Origin: Macrostomum hystrix
Lineage: Eukaryota > Animalia > Platyhelminthes
Assembly: GCA_950097015.1 (NCBI GenBank)
Contig: CATNEN010000039.1
Coordinates: 1,488,001 to 1,552,000, forward strand
Reading direction: 5' to 3'
DNA: 64,000 nucleotides
Shown here: positions 40,901 to 55,900 of the stretch, piece after piece
How the letters are laid out: every line of letters begins with the position of its first letter
How positions within the stretch are numbered: the stretch's first letter is position 1
Position numbers and translations under genes: made by a program
Notes under the pieces: model-generated
The model's input: the letters and a program-made list of their open reading frames with translations, nothing else
Databases searched by the model: none
Told to the model about the DNA's origin: nothing

Positions 40901-43900
40901 TCTTTTCACACCATTGCAAAATAAAGTGGACTACTCGACCCGTGGACAGTAGCATGTGGTCAGTTCAGTGGTAGAATGCTGTTGAGTCACTACTCAACCC
41001 GTGGACAGTAGCATGTGTTCAGTTCAGTGGTAGAATGCTGTTGAGTCACTACTCAACCCGTGGACAGTAGCATGTGTTCAGTTCAGTGGTAGAATGCTGT
41101 TGAGTCACTACTCAACCCGTGGACAGTAGCTTGTGTTCAGTTCAGTGGTAGAATGCTGTTGAGTCACTACTCAACCCGTGGACAGTAGCATGTGGTCAGT
41201 TCAGTGGTAGAATGCTGTTGAGTCACTACTCAACCCGTGGACAGTAGCATGTGGTCAGTTCAGTGGTAGAATGCTGTTGAGTCACTACTCAACCCGTGGA
41301 CAGTAGCATGTGGTCAGTTCAGTGGTAGAATGCTGTTGAGTCACTACCCAACCCGTGGACAGTAGCATGTGGTCAGTTCAGTGGTAGAATGCTGTTGAGT
41401 CACTACTCAACCCGTGGACAGTAGGCATGTGGTCAGTTCAGTGGTAGAATGCTGTTGAGTCACTACCCAACCCGTGGACAGTAGCTTGTGTTCAGTTCAG
41501 TGGTAGAATGCTGTTGAGTCACTACTCAACCCGTGGACAGTAGCATGTGGTCAGTTCAGTGGTAGAATGCTGTTGAGTCACTACTCAACCCGTGGACAGT
41601 AGCTTGTGTTCAGTTCAGTGGTAGAATGCTGTTGAGTCACTACTCAACCCGTGGACAGTAGCTTGTGTTCAGTTCAGTGGTAGAATGCTGTTGAGTCACT
41701 ACTCAACCCGTGGACAGTAGCATGTGTTCAGTTCAGTGGTAGAATGCTGTTGAGTCACTACTCAACCCGTGGACAGTAGGCATGTGGTCAGTTCAGTGGT
41801 AGAATGCTGTTGAGTCACTACTCAACCCGTGGACAGTAGGCATGTGGTCAGTTCAGTGGTAGAATGCTGTTGAGTCACTACTCAACCCGTGGACAGTAGC
41901 ATGTGGTCAGTTCAGTGGTAGAATGCTGTTGAGTCACTACTCAACCCGTGGACAGTAGCATGTGGTCAGTTCAGTGGTAGAATGCTGTTGAGTCACTACT
42001 CAACCCGTGGACAGTAGCATGTGGTCAGTTCAGTGGTAGAATGCTGTTGAGTCACTACCCAACCCGTGGACAGTAGCATGTGGTCAGTTCAGTGGTAGAA
42101 TGCTGTTGAGTCACTACTCAACCCGTGGACAGTAGCATGTGGTCAGTTCAGTGGTAGAATGCTGTTGAGTCACTACTCAACCCGTGGACAGTAGCTTGTG
42201 TTCAGTTCAGTGGTAGAATGCTGTTAAGTCACTACTCAACCCGTGGACAGTAGCATGTGTTCAGTTCAGTGGTAGAATGCTGTTGAGTCACTACTCAACC
42301 CGTGGACAGTAGCATGTGGTCAGTTCAGTGGTAGAATGCTGTTGAGTCACTACTCAACCCGTGGACAGTAGCATGTGGTCAGTTCAGTGGTAGAATGCTG
42401 TTGAGTCACTACTCAACCCGTGGACAGTAGCATGTGGTCAGTTCAGTGGTAGAATGCTGTTGAGTCACTACTCAACCCGTGGACAGTAGCATGTGGTCAG
42501 TTCAGTGGTAGAATGCTGTTGAGTCACTACTCAACCCGTGGACAGTAGCATGTGGTCAGTTCAGTGGTAGAATGCTGTTGAGTCACTACTCAACCCGTGG
42601 ACAGTAGCATGTGGTCAGTTCAGTGGTAGAATGCTGTTGAGTCACTACTCAACCCGTGGACAGTAGCTTGTGTTCAGTTCAGTGGTAGAATGCTGTTAAG
42701 TCACTACTCAACCCGTGGACAGTAGCATGTGTTCAGTTCAGTGGTAGAATGCTGTTGAGTCACTACTCAACCCGTGGACAGTAGCATGTGGTCAGTTCAG
42801 TGGTAGAATGCTGTTGAGTCACTACTCAACCCGTGGACAGTAGCATGTGGTCAGTTCAGTGGTAGAATGCTGTTGAGTCACTACTCAACCCGTGGACAGT
42901 AGCATGTGGTCAGTTCAGTGGTAGAATGCTGTTGAGTCACTACTCAACCCGTGGACAGTAGCATGTGGTCAGTTCAGTGGTAGAATGCTGTTGAGTCACT
43001 ACTCAACCCGTGGACAGTAGCATGTGGTCAGTTCAGTGGTAGAATGCTGTTGAGTCACTACTCAACCCGTGGACTTAGTTGCAAGTGTCAGCAGAAACAT
43101 ATTTTTAACAGCCAATCTCATCCATAGCAAACCGTTGCTGAGGCAAAGGGGGCCATGCAGGGCGTGAGAATGGTGTCAGATCTAATCTCTTATCTCTTTG
43201 GGCCCGAGCCAAACCCTCAACCTTAATCCTCCTTTCCCAGAAGACTTGAGACATCAGAGAGGAAAAAATCCCATGCAAAGCGGAGACTCGGAGATTTTTA
43301 ATCGACATCAAAGGAGCTAATTAATCCGAAGCGCTGCCTCCCTCCCGTCTCCGGGCAATGAGACAAGACGCAAAGAGGCTATCGTTGATAGCTCAGTGCC
43401 CTGAGCTGCAGCTCATCCTTGCTGAAATTTTATTTAATTACGATTTGGCTGGCTTGCTACTATGCTCGAGTCATACTTATCAAGGCGCTCAGGACTACTC
43501 ATACTAAAGACCGTCCGGGGAAGTACTAAACGATGATGGACGCCACCTGCATCCCCTAATGGATTAAGAAGCCCTAGATAAGATTATCCGTTGCGTTTTG
43601 ATAAGCTGGGATTCGGAAGAATAAGCTTGTCTAACGGAGCCAACCTAGAAGCTGAAACAAAGAACTTGAGAATGACAGGGCATCAAAGCAGCAGATTCAA
43701 GAACTCAAAGATCCAAATTTGGTGAAAGTATTCACTTCAGGTTGTAGAGTCATTCACTCCTAGAATCATTCACTCCTAGAATCATTCACTCCTAGAATCA
43801 TTCACTCCTAGAATCATTCACTCCGAGAGTCATTCACTCCTAGAATCATTCACTCCTAGAATCATTCACTCCTAGAATCATTCACTCCGAGAGTCATTCA

Positions 43901-46900
43901 CTCCTAGAATCATTCACCCCGAGAATCATTCACTCCTAGAGTCATTCACTCCTAGAGTCATTCACTCCTAGAATCATTCACTCCTAGAATCATTCACTCC
44001 TAGAATCATTCACTCCTAGAATCATTCACTCCTAGAATCATTCACTCCTAGAATCATTCACTCCTAGAATCATTCACCCCGAGAATCATTCACTCCTAGA
44101 ATCTTTCACTCCTAGAATCATTCACTCCGAGAGTCATTCACTCCTAGAATCATTCACTCCTAGAATCATTCACTCCTAGAATCATTCACTCCTAGAATCA
44201 TTCACTCCTAGAATCATTCACTCCTAGAATCATTCACTCCTAGAATCATTCACTCCTAGAATCATTCACCCCGAGAGTCATTCACTCCTAGAGTCATTCA
44301 CTCCTAGAGTCATTCACTCCTAGAATCATTCACCCCGCTCCTAGAATCATTCACTCCTAGAATCATTCACTCCTAGAATCATTCACTCCTAGAATCATTC
44401 ACTCCTAGAATCATTCACTCCTAGAATCATTCACTCCTAGAATCATTCACTCCTAGAATCATTCACTCCTAGAATCATTCACTCCTAGAATCATTCACTC
44501 CTAGAATCATTCACTCCTAGAATCATTCACTCCTAGAATCATTCACTCATAGAATCATTTACTCCAAGAATCATTCCCTCCGAGAGTTATTCACTCATAG
44601 AATCATTCACTCCGAGAGTCATTCACTCCTAGAATTAAATTGAGTCATTCTCGCCCTCAGCTGTTGACCAATGTACTTCCCGAGACTCATTTTTTGCTGA
44701 CGATAGCAAAGCGAAAGCGAACTTACGATAGAAAAAGCAACCAATTAAAAGGACCTAGCGCTCTTTTAGCTGATCAGGAAGCTATCAGAAAGGAAGGAGA
44801 GCAGCCCACGATGTCAGCAGGCCGGAAGCGCGTCCAAGTTTCAGGGGGGGCTGCCGGCTTTGCCGAGAAGGAAAGAAAATGACACCGAGCGCGGCCGCTG
44901 AGAACTTCTGAGCTGTCTCAGCTGGCGGCCTCCCCACATTCAGGCGGGCCGTGATTAGCACGCAGATGAAGCGAAGTCAGTCATGAATTGGGGAATATTT
45001 TTTCTTCCCTAATGCTGAATTTTTGCTACAGACAAGCCAGAATAAGATTGGGGATGGAGGAGAAAAATCCTCATGCAGAGATTTTCAAATTAGCGAGCCG
45101 CGCACAACGCTGCTGCCCGTGCGGCAATAACAATGAGAGAGGTCGGCGAGCTGCGCAGACGAGAGAAGTCACGCATCTCTCTGGCTTTTTAGCTGCCGAT
45201 ATGTATCGAAATTCTGTGGTCCTAGAAGCATTCAAACTGAGGGATAACATTCAAACTGAGGGGATAACATTCAAACTGAGGGGATAACATTCAAACTGAG
45301 GGGATAACATTCAAACTGAGGGATAACATTCAAACTGAGGGGACAACATTCAAACTGAGGGGATAACATTCAAACTGAGGGATAACATTCAAACTGAGGG
45401 GATAACATTCAAACTGAGGGGATAACATTCAAACTGAGGGGATAACATTCAAACTGAGGGGATAACATTCAAACTGAGGGGATAACATTCAAACTGAGGG
45501 ATAGCATTCAAACTGAGGGATAACATTCAAACTGAGGGGATAACATTCAAACTGAGGGGATAACATTCAAACTGAGGGGATAACATTCAAACTGAGGGGA
45601 TAACATTCAAACTAAGGGGATAACATTCAAACTGAGGGGATAACATTCAAACTGAGGGGATAACATTCAAACTGAGGGATAACATTCAAACTGAGGGGAT
45701 AACATTCAAACTAAGGGGATAACATTCAAACTGAGGGGATAACATTCAAACTGAGGGATAACATTCAAACTAAGGGGATAACATTCAAACTGAGGGGATA
45801 GCATTCAAACTGAGGGATAACATTCAAACTGAGGGGATAACATTCAAACTGAGGGATAACATTCAAACTGAGGGGATAACATTCAAACTGAGGGATAACA
45901 TTCAAACTGAGGGGATAGCATTCAAACTGAGAGGATAACATTCAAACTAAGAGGATAACATTCAAACTGAGGGGACAACATTCAAACTGAGGGGATAACA
46001 TTCAAACTGAGAGGATAACATTCAAACTGAGGGGATAACATTCAAACTGAGGGGATAACATTCAAACTGAGAGGATAACATTCAAACTGAGGGGATAACA
46101 TTCAAACTGAGGGGATAACATTCAAACTGAGGGATAGCATTCAAACTGAGGGATAACATTCAAACTGAGGGGATAACATTCAAACTAAGGGGATAACATT
46201 CAAACTGAGGGGATAACATTCAAACTGAGGGGATAACATTCAAACTGAGGGATAACATTCAAACTAAGGGGATAACATTCAAACTGAGGGGATAGCATTC
46301 AAACTGAGGGATAACATTCAAACTGAGGGGATAACATTCAAACTGAGGGATAGCATTCAAACTGAGGGATAACATTCAAACTGAGGGGATAACATTCAAA
46401 CTGAGGGGATAACATTCAAACTGAGGGGATAACATTCAATCTGAGGGGATAACATTCAATCTGAGGGGATAGCATTCAAACTGAGGGATAACATTCAAAC
46501 TGAGGGGATAACATTCAAACTGAGGGATAGCATTCAAACTGAGGGATAACATTCAAACTGAGGGGATAGCATTCAAACTGAGGGATAGCATTCAAACTGA
46601 GAGGATAACATTCAAACTGAGGGGATAGCATTCAAACTGAGAGGATAACATTCAAACTGAGGGGATAACATTCAAACTGAGGGATAACATTCAAACTGAG
46701 GGGATAACATTCAAACTGAGGGGATAACATTCAATCTGAGGGATAGCATTCAAACTGAGGGATAACATTCAAACTGAGGGATAACATTCAAACTGAGGGG
46801 ATAACATTCAAACTGAGGGGATAACATTCAAACTGAGGGGATAGCATTCAAACTGAGGGATAACATTCAAACTGAGGGATAACATTCAAACTGAGGGGAT

Positions 46901-49900
46901 AACATTCAAACTGAGGGGATAACATTCAATCTGAGGGATAGCATTCAAACTGAGGGATAACATTCAAACTGAGGGATAACATTCAAACTGAGGGGATAAC
47001 ATTCAAACTGAGGGGATAACATTCAAACTGAGGGATAGCATTCAATCTGAGGGATAGCATTCAATCTGAGGGGATAACATTCAAACTGAGGGGATAACAT
47101 TCAAACTGAGGGGATAGCATTCAAACTGAGGGATAACATTCAAACTGAGGGGATAACATTCAAACTGAGGGGATAGCATTCAAACTGAGGGATAACATTC
47201 AAACTAATGGGGATAACATTCAATCTGAGGGGATAACATTCAAACTGAGGGATAGCATTCAAACTGAGGGATAACATTCAAACTGAGGGGATAACATTCA
47301 AACTGAGGGGATAACATTCAAACTGAGAGGATAACATTCAAACTAAGGGGATAACATTCAAACTGGGGGGATAACATTCAATCTGAGGGGATAACATTCA
47401 AACTGAGGGATAACATTCAAACTGAGGGGATAACATTCAAACTGAGGGGATAACATTCAATCTGAGGGGATAACATTCAAACTGAGGGATAACATTCAAA
47501 CTGAGGGATAACATTCAAACTGAGGGGATAACATTCAAACTGAGGTGATAGCATTCAAACTGAGGGATAACATTCAAACTGAGGGGATAACATTCAAACT
47601 GAGGGGATAACATTCAATCTGAGGGGATAACATTCAAACTGAGGGATAACATTCAAACTGAGGGGATAACATTCAAACTAAGGGGATAACATTCAAACTG
47701 AGGGGATAGCATTCAAACTGAGGGATAACATTCAAACTGAGGGGATAACATTCAAACTGAGGGGATAACATTCAAACTGAGGGGATAGCATTCAAACTGA
47801 GAGGATAACATTCAAACTGAGGGGATAACATTCAAACTGAGGGATAACATTCAAACTGAGGGATAACATTCAAACTGAGGGGATAACATTCAAACTGAGG
47901 GATAGCATTCAAACTGAGAGGATAACATTCAAACTGAGGGGATAACATTCAAACTGAGGGATAGCATTCAAACTGAGAGGATAACATTCAAACTGAGGGG
48001 ATAACATTCAAACTGAGAGGATAACATTCAAACTGAGGGATAGCATTCAAACTGAGAGGATAACATTCAAACTGAGAGGATAACATTCAAACTGAGAGGA
48101 TAACATTCAAACTGAGGGGATAACATTCAAACTGAGGGGATAACATTCAAACTGAGGGGATAGCATTCAAACTGAGGGATAACATTCAAACTGAGGGGAT
48201 AACATTCAAACTAAGGGGATAACATTCAAACTGAGGGGATAGCATTCAAACTGAGGGATAACATTCAAACTGAGGGATAACATTCAAACTGAGGGGATAA
48301 CATTCAAACTGAGGGATAACATTCAAACTGAGGGGATAACATTCAAACTGAGGGGATAACATTCAAACTGAGGGGATAACATTCAAACTGAGGGGATAGC
48401 ATTCAAACTGAGGGATAACATTCAAACTGAGGGGATAACATTCAAACTAAGGGGATAACATTCAAACTGAGGGGATAGCATTCAAACTGAGGGATAACAT
48501 TCAAACTGAGGGATAACATTCAAACTGAGGGGATAACATTCAAACTGAGGGGATAACATTCAAACTGAGAGGATAACATTCAAACTGAGGGGATAACATT
48601 CAAACTGAGAGGATAACATTCAAACTGAGGGATAGCATTCAAACTGAGAGGATAACATTCAAACTGAGAGGATAACATTCAAACTGAGGGGATAACATTC
48701 AAACTGAGGGATAACATTCAAACTGAGGGGATAACATTCAAACTAAGGGGATAACATTCAAACTGAGGGGATAGCATTCAAACTGAGGGATAACATTCAA
48801 ACTGAGGGATAACATTCAAACTGAGGGGATAACATTCAAACTGAGGGGATAACATTCAAACTGAGAGGATAACATTCAAACTGAGGGGATAACATTCAAA
48901 CTGAGAGGATAACATTCAAACTGAGGGATAGCATTCAAACTGAGGGATAACATTCAAACTGAGGGGATAACATTCAAACTGAGAGGACAACATTCAAACT
49001 GAGGGGATAGCATTCAAACTGAGGGATAACATTCAAACTGAGGGGATAACATTCAAACTGAGGGGATAGCATTCAAACTGAGGGGATAACATTCAAACTG
49101 AGGGGATAACATTCAAACTGAGAGGATAACATTCAAACTGAGGGGATAGCATTCAAACTGAGAGGATAACATTCAAACTGAGGGGATAACATTCAAACTG
49201 AGAGGATAACATTCAAACTGAGGGGATAGCATTCAAACTGAGGGGATAGCATTCAAACTGAGGGGATAACATTCATGTAGTGCAATTTAGTGCTTACAAT
49301 AGTACCAAAATGCTCAAAGTTCTTACGTGAACTCACCAACATCCGTACATGCGGCGTAGATTGTTCATTATTGAGTCAGTACTTTTTATTCATAGTCTCT
49401 GATTTCTAGTACCCTTATGCCTGGTGTTATCAGAGCTGCAAGTTCTGTTCTGATATGCCCTCGAAACTGTCCGGAAACTGTCTATGCAGAACTGATCATG
49501 GCCATTGAGATCTGGGCCAATCAACAGCTGCTAGAGACGGCTATCATTAAATTGACACTTCAAAATATTCCAAATTGCGTAGGTATTACTTACAGTAACG
49601 GATTAGCAATGAGCATTTATTTAAAAAAATCTAATAAATTGATGCTGGAACCAATTTGAAGCTTCGTAACCTGAAGCGCCTGGTAATTAATTGTCTTGCT
49701 CAGGAGACGTACTGATGATTACCTTGGGCTGAGATTCGAACTCAGGATCTTTTGGTCAAATGTCAAAAACTCTAACCACAGGCCAGGTAAACTCATAGAT
49801 GATGTTTATAGATCTCACAGCTGAACACTGAAGTCACCGGGAAAAATGTAAGAAGGAAAAAATCAACAAGAGAAAATAGAAGTGCTTGAGTTTGCTGTTG

Positions 49901-52900
49901 AATATGCGATCAAGTTGATTTGGCCATGCTGATAAATAGTTATTGAAGGCTTTTAGCTGTCAAATTAACTGTCAGGTGAACCAGTTAAGTGAGGTGAGTC
50001 AATCAGTGTACAATCAAGGTTAGTTGGTACAATAAATCAGGGAGCATAATTGGCCTCTATAAGCTACTTTATGTCACACAAAAGACCCGAGCTTCTGTCC
50101 TAGAATACGCGAGGTCGAGTTAAGGATAAGCGCAGAGCCAGTCAACCCCATTCTCCAATGCCCCTGGGCGATTAGAAAATAAGTATTTGATAAGCATTTG
50201 AGCACTGCTCACAGAGAGGCAAGCGGCTCAGAACTGCAGTCAGCAAACTCGAAGTCCGTGCCAGTCTCCCTACTCCACATTCCACCCCATCGGCTTCTAG
50301 AGCGGCCTTAACGAATAAAAATAAGAAGTCTGCGCCACTGTAGCCGCCTCGCCGCCTCGCCCTTCACGGCCGCCACTCGCCTCTTTCTCTCTCTTTCTCG
50401 GCCTGCTCCTATCTTGCCAGGAAGATTTGCTAAAGCTCTTCTCTGGCCTGGCTTTGGCGAGTGCTCGTATCTAGGCAGACACACACTCACACACACACAC
50501 ACACTCTCACACACACACACTCTCACACTCACACACACTCTCACACTCACACACACTCTCACACTCACACACACTCTCACACTCACACACTCTCACATTC
50601 ACACACTCTCACAATCACATTCACTCTCACACTCACATTCACTCTAACACTCACACACACTCTCACACTCACTCTCACACACTCACACACACTCTCACAC
50701 TCACACACACTCTCACACTCACACACACTCTCACACTCACACACACACACTCACACACACACACTCACACACACTCTCACACTCACACACACTCTCACAT
50801 TCACACACACTCTCACACTCACACACACTCTCACACTCCCACACACTCTCACACTCACACACACTCTCACACTCACACACACTCTCACACTCACACACAC
50901 ACTCACACTCACACACACTCTCACACTCACACACACTCTCACACTCACACACACACTCACACTCACACACACTCTCACACTCACACACACACTCACACTC
51001 ACACACACTCTCACACTCACACACACACTCACACTCACACACACACTCACACTCACACACACTCTCACACTCACACACACTCTCACACTCACACACACAC
51101 TCACACACACACTCACACTCACACTCACACACACTCTCACACTCACACACACACTCACACACACACTCACACTCACACACACTCTCACACTCACACTCAC
51201 ACTCACACACACTCTCACACTCACACACACACTCACACTCACACACACTCTCACACTCACACACACTCTCACACTCACACACACACTCACACTCACACAC
51301 ACTCTCACACTCACACACACACTCACACTCACACACACACTCACACTCACACACACTCTCACACTCACACACACACTCACACACACACTCACACTCACAC
51401 TCACACACACTCTCACACTCACACACACACTCACACACACACTCACACTCACACACACTCTCACACTCACACACACACTCACACACACACTCACACTCAC
51501 ACACGCTCACACTCTCACACTCACGCACACTCTCACACTCACACACACTCTCACACACACTCACACACTCTCACACTCACACACACTCTCACACTCACAC
51601 ACACTCACACACTCTCACACTCACACACACTCTCACACTCACACACACTCACACACACACTCACACTCACACACGCTCACACTCTCACACTCACACACAC
51701 TCTCACACACACTCACACACTCTCACACTCACACACACTCTCACACTCACACACACACTCACACACACACTCACACTCACACACGCTCACACTCTCACAC
51801 TCACACACACTCTCACACTCACACACACTCTCACACACACTCACACACTCTCACACTCACACACACTCTCACACACACTCTCACTCTCACACACACTCTC
51901 ACTCTCACACACACACTCACACACACTCTCACACTCACACACACACACTCACACACACTAAAATTATCAAATAGTCAAGCGCCCTGCAACCACATGACGC
52001 ATTCGGGTTTGAGGCAGATTATAGAGTCGGCAAGAAAATGCTAGTGGATTTCACGCCTTAGAGTGAGCACTGTGAGGATGAAGCTTGAGCATAGTAAGCT
52101 CTCAGATGGCAGATCTACTAATTCTCTGACTCGAGGCTCCAACCAGACATAGAGATGTGCTTGTGCTATTCTGAGTTTTGCTTTTCTGCGTAGGCGTTAA
52201 AAGAGTTTGCCGATAGCAAATATAAGTAGTACAAAGGTGGCTAGTACTGTCGTACAGGTACAGGTATTTTGTATGAGAGTGCATTCTAACAAACGAAACT
52301 ACAGCTACATAGCGCACTAATTAGTATTTCATATCATTAGTACGCTTGTAGCTAATAGTAGTGCATATCAGTAGTTTGTTGGTAGTTTTATTAGTACTTG
52401 ACATCAGTAGTTTGTTGGTAGTCAAAAGTAGTGCATATCAGTAGTATGTTGGTAGTTATTAGTAGTGCACATCAGTAGTATGTTGGTAGTTATAAGTAGT
52501 GCACATCAATAGTATGTTGTTAGTTATAAGTAGTGCACATCAGTAGTATGTTGGTAGTTATAAGTAGTGCACATCAGTAGTATGTTGGTAGTTATTAGTA
52601 GTGCACATCAGTAGTATGTTGGTAGTTATAAGTAGTGCACATCAGTAGTATGTTGGTAGTTATTAGTAGTGCACATCAGTAGTATGTTGGTAGTTATAAG
52701 TAGTGTACATCAGTAGTATGTTGGTAGTTATTTGTAGTGCACATCAGTAGTATGTCGGTAGTCAATAGTAGTGCACATCAGTAGTATGTTGGTAGTTATA
52801 AGTAGTGCACATCAGTAGTATGTCGGTAGTCAATAGTAGTGCACATCAGTAGTATGTCGGTAGTCAATAGTAGTGCAATCAGTAGTATGTTGGTAGTTAT

Positions 52901-55900
52901 TAGTAGTGCACATCAGTAGTATGTTGGTAGTCAATAGTAGTTCATATCAGTAGTATGTCGGTAGTCAATAGTAGTTCATATCAGTAGTATGTCGGTAGTA
53001 TTGCTTTTATATCTTATCTTATCTTATATCTTATAATCTTATTCATCTCAGTATTGCATATAAGGAGTATGTTGTTTGCCATCGGAGCAAGTATCAGTAG
53101 TGTTTTTGTTGCTTCATCAGCTGTTTTTTCTTAGAAACCTTGTGCTAAGTCAGGCCTAAGTAATAAAATCTGCCAAAAGAGTTAGTCTAATTTTAAATAT
53201 ACAACTGGACAATCTATAAGAGGATTTGAACTAGCGGCCTCAGAGGTTATTAGGAATTTCGCTCGACCACTAGGCCAGAGAATCGGAGGAAATGGAATCC
53301 CAAATGTTCCCCATTCTAATGGGGTCTTTATCCCCAGTCCAGCTTACTTAGGTCTTGGATTTCCTTTCAAATTGGAGATGCCCAGCCAGCGGGCTGCAGA
53401 CTGGTTGCACTTTTATCCATCGGAACCGCGGCTCAAACCGCTGCCTGGGGCACCTTGCTGCATCAGGCGAGCTGGGTGGGGATCAGCCATTGCATCAGTG
53501 GGAGAGAACAGGAAGGGATACTTCACCTCTTCCTATTTAGAACGCTGTCGGCCCAGCGGCTCAATTAGCGGAATGCAGCTCCGCAGGGAATTGCAGTCGC
53601 TTGTCCGGCAAAGGCGGCGTTAAAGCGGCCTGTCATTCCGGGCAGGGGTTGGCGAAGAGGGAAGATGAAAAGGCGGCGCACTGACGGCAGGTGAGCAGGT
53701 GGGAATTCCCGCCGCCAGGCATTAAATACTGGCCTGGGGAAAGTGCACAGCCGGAGGAGACAGCTGGATTGCCTGAGGACGCGTTGTCTAGCGAATCGAA
53801 GGAAATGGGAAAGAGGGAGAAATGGGAAAGGGTGGGAATAGAAAGGGAAGAAATAAAAAAGAGGACGAATGGAAAAAATAATGAAATAAAAGGGGGAAAG
53901 AAATGAAAACAATGAAAATAATGAAAGATATGGGAATGGGGAGAAGTTAAAATAGGTGGAAGAAATACAAAACGGAGTGAAATTGGGATGGGGAAGGAAT
54001 CAAACAGGGGAAGAAACAAAGAGGTCTTACATGTAATGGAGTAAGCGTGCATGGCGAAGGCTGATCTACCTGAGTAATTACCCCGCTTCGCCATGCTGGA
54101 TTTCCCGGAGCTCCGGCCAGATCAGCCAGGTGCGGGAACCCTGGAGCTCAGCAGAGGGGCGGCCAGGTGCTGGAACCCTGGAGCTCAGCAGAGGGGCGGC
54201 CAGGTGCTGGAACCCTGGAGCTCAGCAGAGGGGCGGCCAGGTGCTGGAACCCTGGAGCTCAGCAGAGGGGCGGCCAGGTGCTGGAACCCTGGAGCTCAGC
54301 AGAGGGGCGGCCAGGTGCTGGAACCCTGGAGCTCAGCAGAGGGGCGGCCATGTGCGGGAACCCTGGAGCTCAGCAGAGGGGCGGCCATGTGCGGGAGCCC
54401 TGGAGCTCAGCAGAGGGGCGGCCATGTGCGGGAGCCCTGGAGCTCAGCAGAGGGGCGGCCATGTGCGGGAGCCCTGGAGCTCAGCAGAGGGGCGGCCAGA
54501 AATTCAGCCCAAAGTTCGGGGCCACAGAGGCAGAGGAAAACTCAAAGGAAAGCCCGCGGCCTGGAGACCTAATGATCAGGGAAGCCGGGAGCAGCGCTGC
54601 CAATCTTCGGGGCGTGAAAAAGGAAATGGGAAAGGGATTTCGGAGAGACGTCGAGCGCAGAAACCGGAAAGCCAATGTGAAAAGTCACTCCGATAAGGCC
54701 TCGGGGAGCAGGTGTGTCTCGCCCTCCATTCGTGCCATTAACCGAGCTTAACTCAAAGTTGAGCCAGGCCTTCTCTTTGATGCTCGCCGCGATGAGAATT
54801 ATTTTCTGTCTGAATTCCTTCCTATGTAAATATGATATGCAATGGCACTAACTCGATTGACACGTTACCAGATTGATCCTCTGCTAGTTTTCAGATTTAG
54901 CGACATTAAAATTAGTGAGGAGTGTGAGGAGGGTGAGGAGGGTGAGAAGGGTGAGGAGGTTGAGGAGGGTGAGGAGGGTGAGGAGGGTGGGGAGTGTAAG
55001 GAGGGTGTGGAGGGTGAGGAGGGTGTGGAGGGTGTGGAGTGTGAGGAGTGTGAGGAGGGTGAGGAGGGTGAGGAGGGTGAGGAGTGTGAGGAGGGTGAGG
55101 AGGGTAATGAGGGTGAGGAGTGTGAGGAGGGTGAGGAGGGTGAGGAGGGTGAGGAGGGTTGGGAGTGTGAGGAGGGTGGGGAGTGAAGGAGGGTGTGGAG
55201 GGTGAGGAGGGTGTGGAGGGTGTGGAGTGTGAGGAGTGTGTGGAGGGTGTGGAGTGTGAGGAGTGTGAGGAGGGTGAGGAGTGTGAGGAGGGTGAGGAGG
55301 GTAATGAGGGTGAGGAGGGTGAGGAGGGTTGGGAGTGTAAGGAGGGTGTGGAGGGTGAGGAGGGTGAGGAGGGTTGGGAGTGTGAGGAGGGTGGGGATTG
55401 AATGAGGGTGTGGAGGGTGAGGAGGGTGTGGAGGGTGTGGAGTGTGAGGAGTGTGAGGAGGGTGAGGAGGGTGAGGAGGGTGAGGAGTGTGAGGAGGGTG
55501 AGGAGGGTGAGGAGTGTGAGGAGGGTGAGGAGGGTGGGGAGTGTGAGGAGGGTGAGGAGGGTGAGGAGGGTGAGGAGTGTGAGGAGGGTGAGGAGGGTGG
55601 GGAGTGAAGGAGGGTGTGGAGGGTGAGGAGGGTGTGGAGGGTGTGGAGTGTGAGGAGTGTGAGGAGGGTGGAGAGGGTGAGGAGGGTGAGGAGGGTGAGG
55701 AGGGTGAGGAGGGTGAGGAGGGTGAGGAGTGTGAGGAGGGTGAGGAGGGTGTGGAGTGTGAGGAGTGTGAGGAGGGTGAGGAGGGTGAGGAGTGTGAGGA
55801 GGGTGAGGAGTGTGAGGAGGGTGAGGAGGGTAATGAGGGTGAGGAGTGTGAGGAGGGTGAGGAGGGTAATAAGAGTGGAAAACGCCCGAAGCCCTCAAGC

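Noticed and set aside
40931-43075. CRISPR-like array (palindromic ~60-bp periodicity)
   Set aside because: Units are near-identical with no unique spacers, there are no cas genes, and it lies in a eukaryotic intron.
50461-52044. 527-aa His/Thr/Leu ORF and Cys-rich antisense ORFs
   Set aside because: CA/CT microsatellite.
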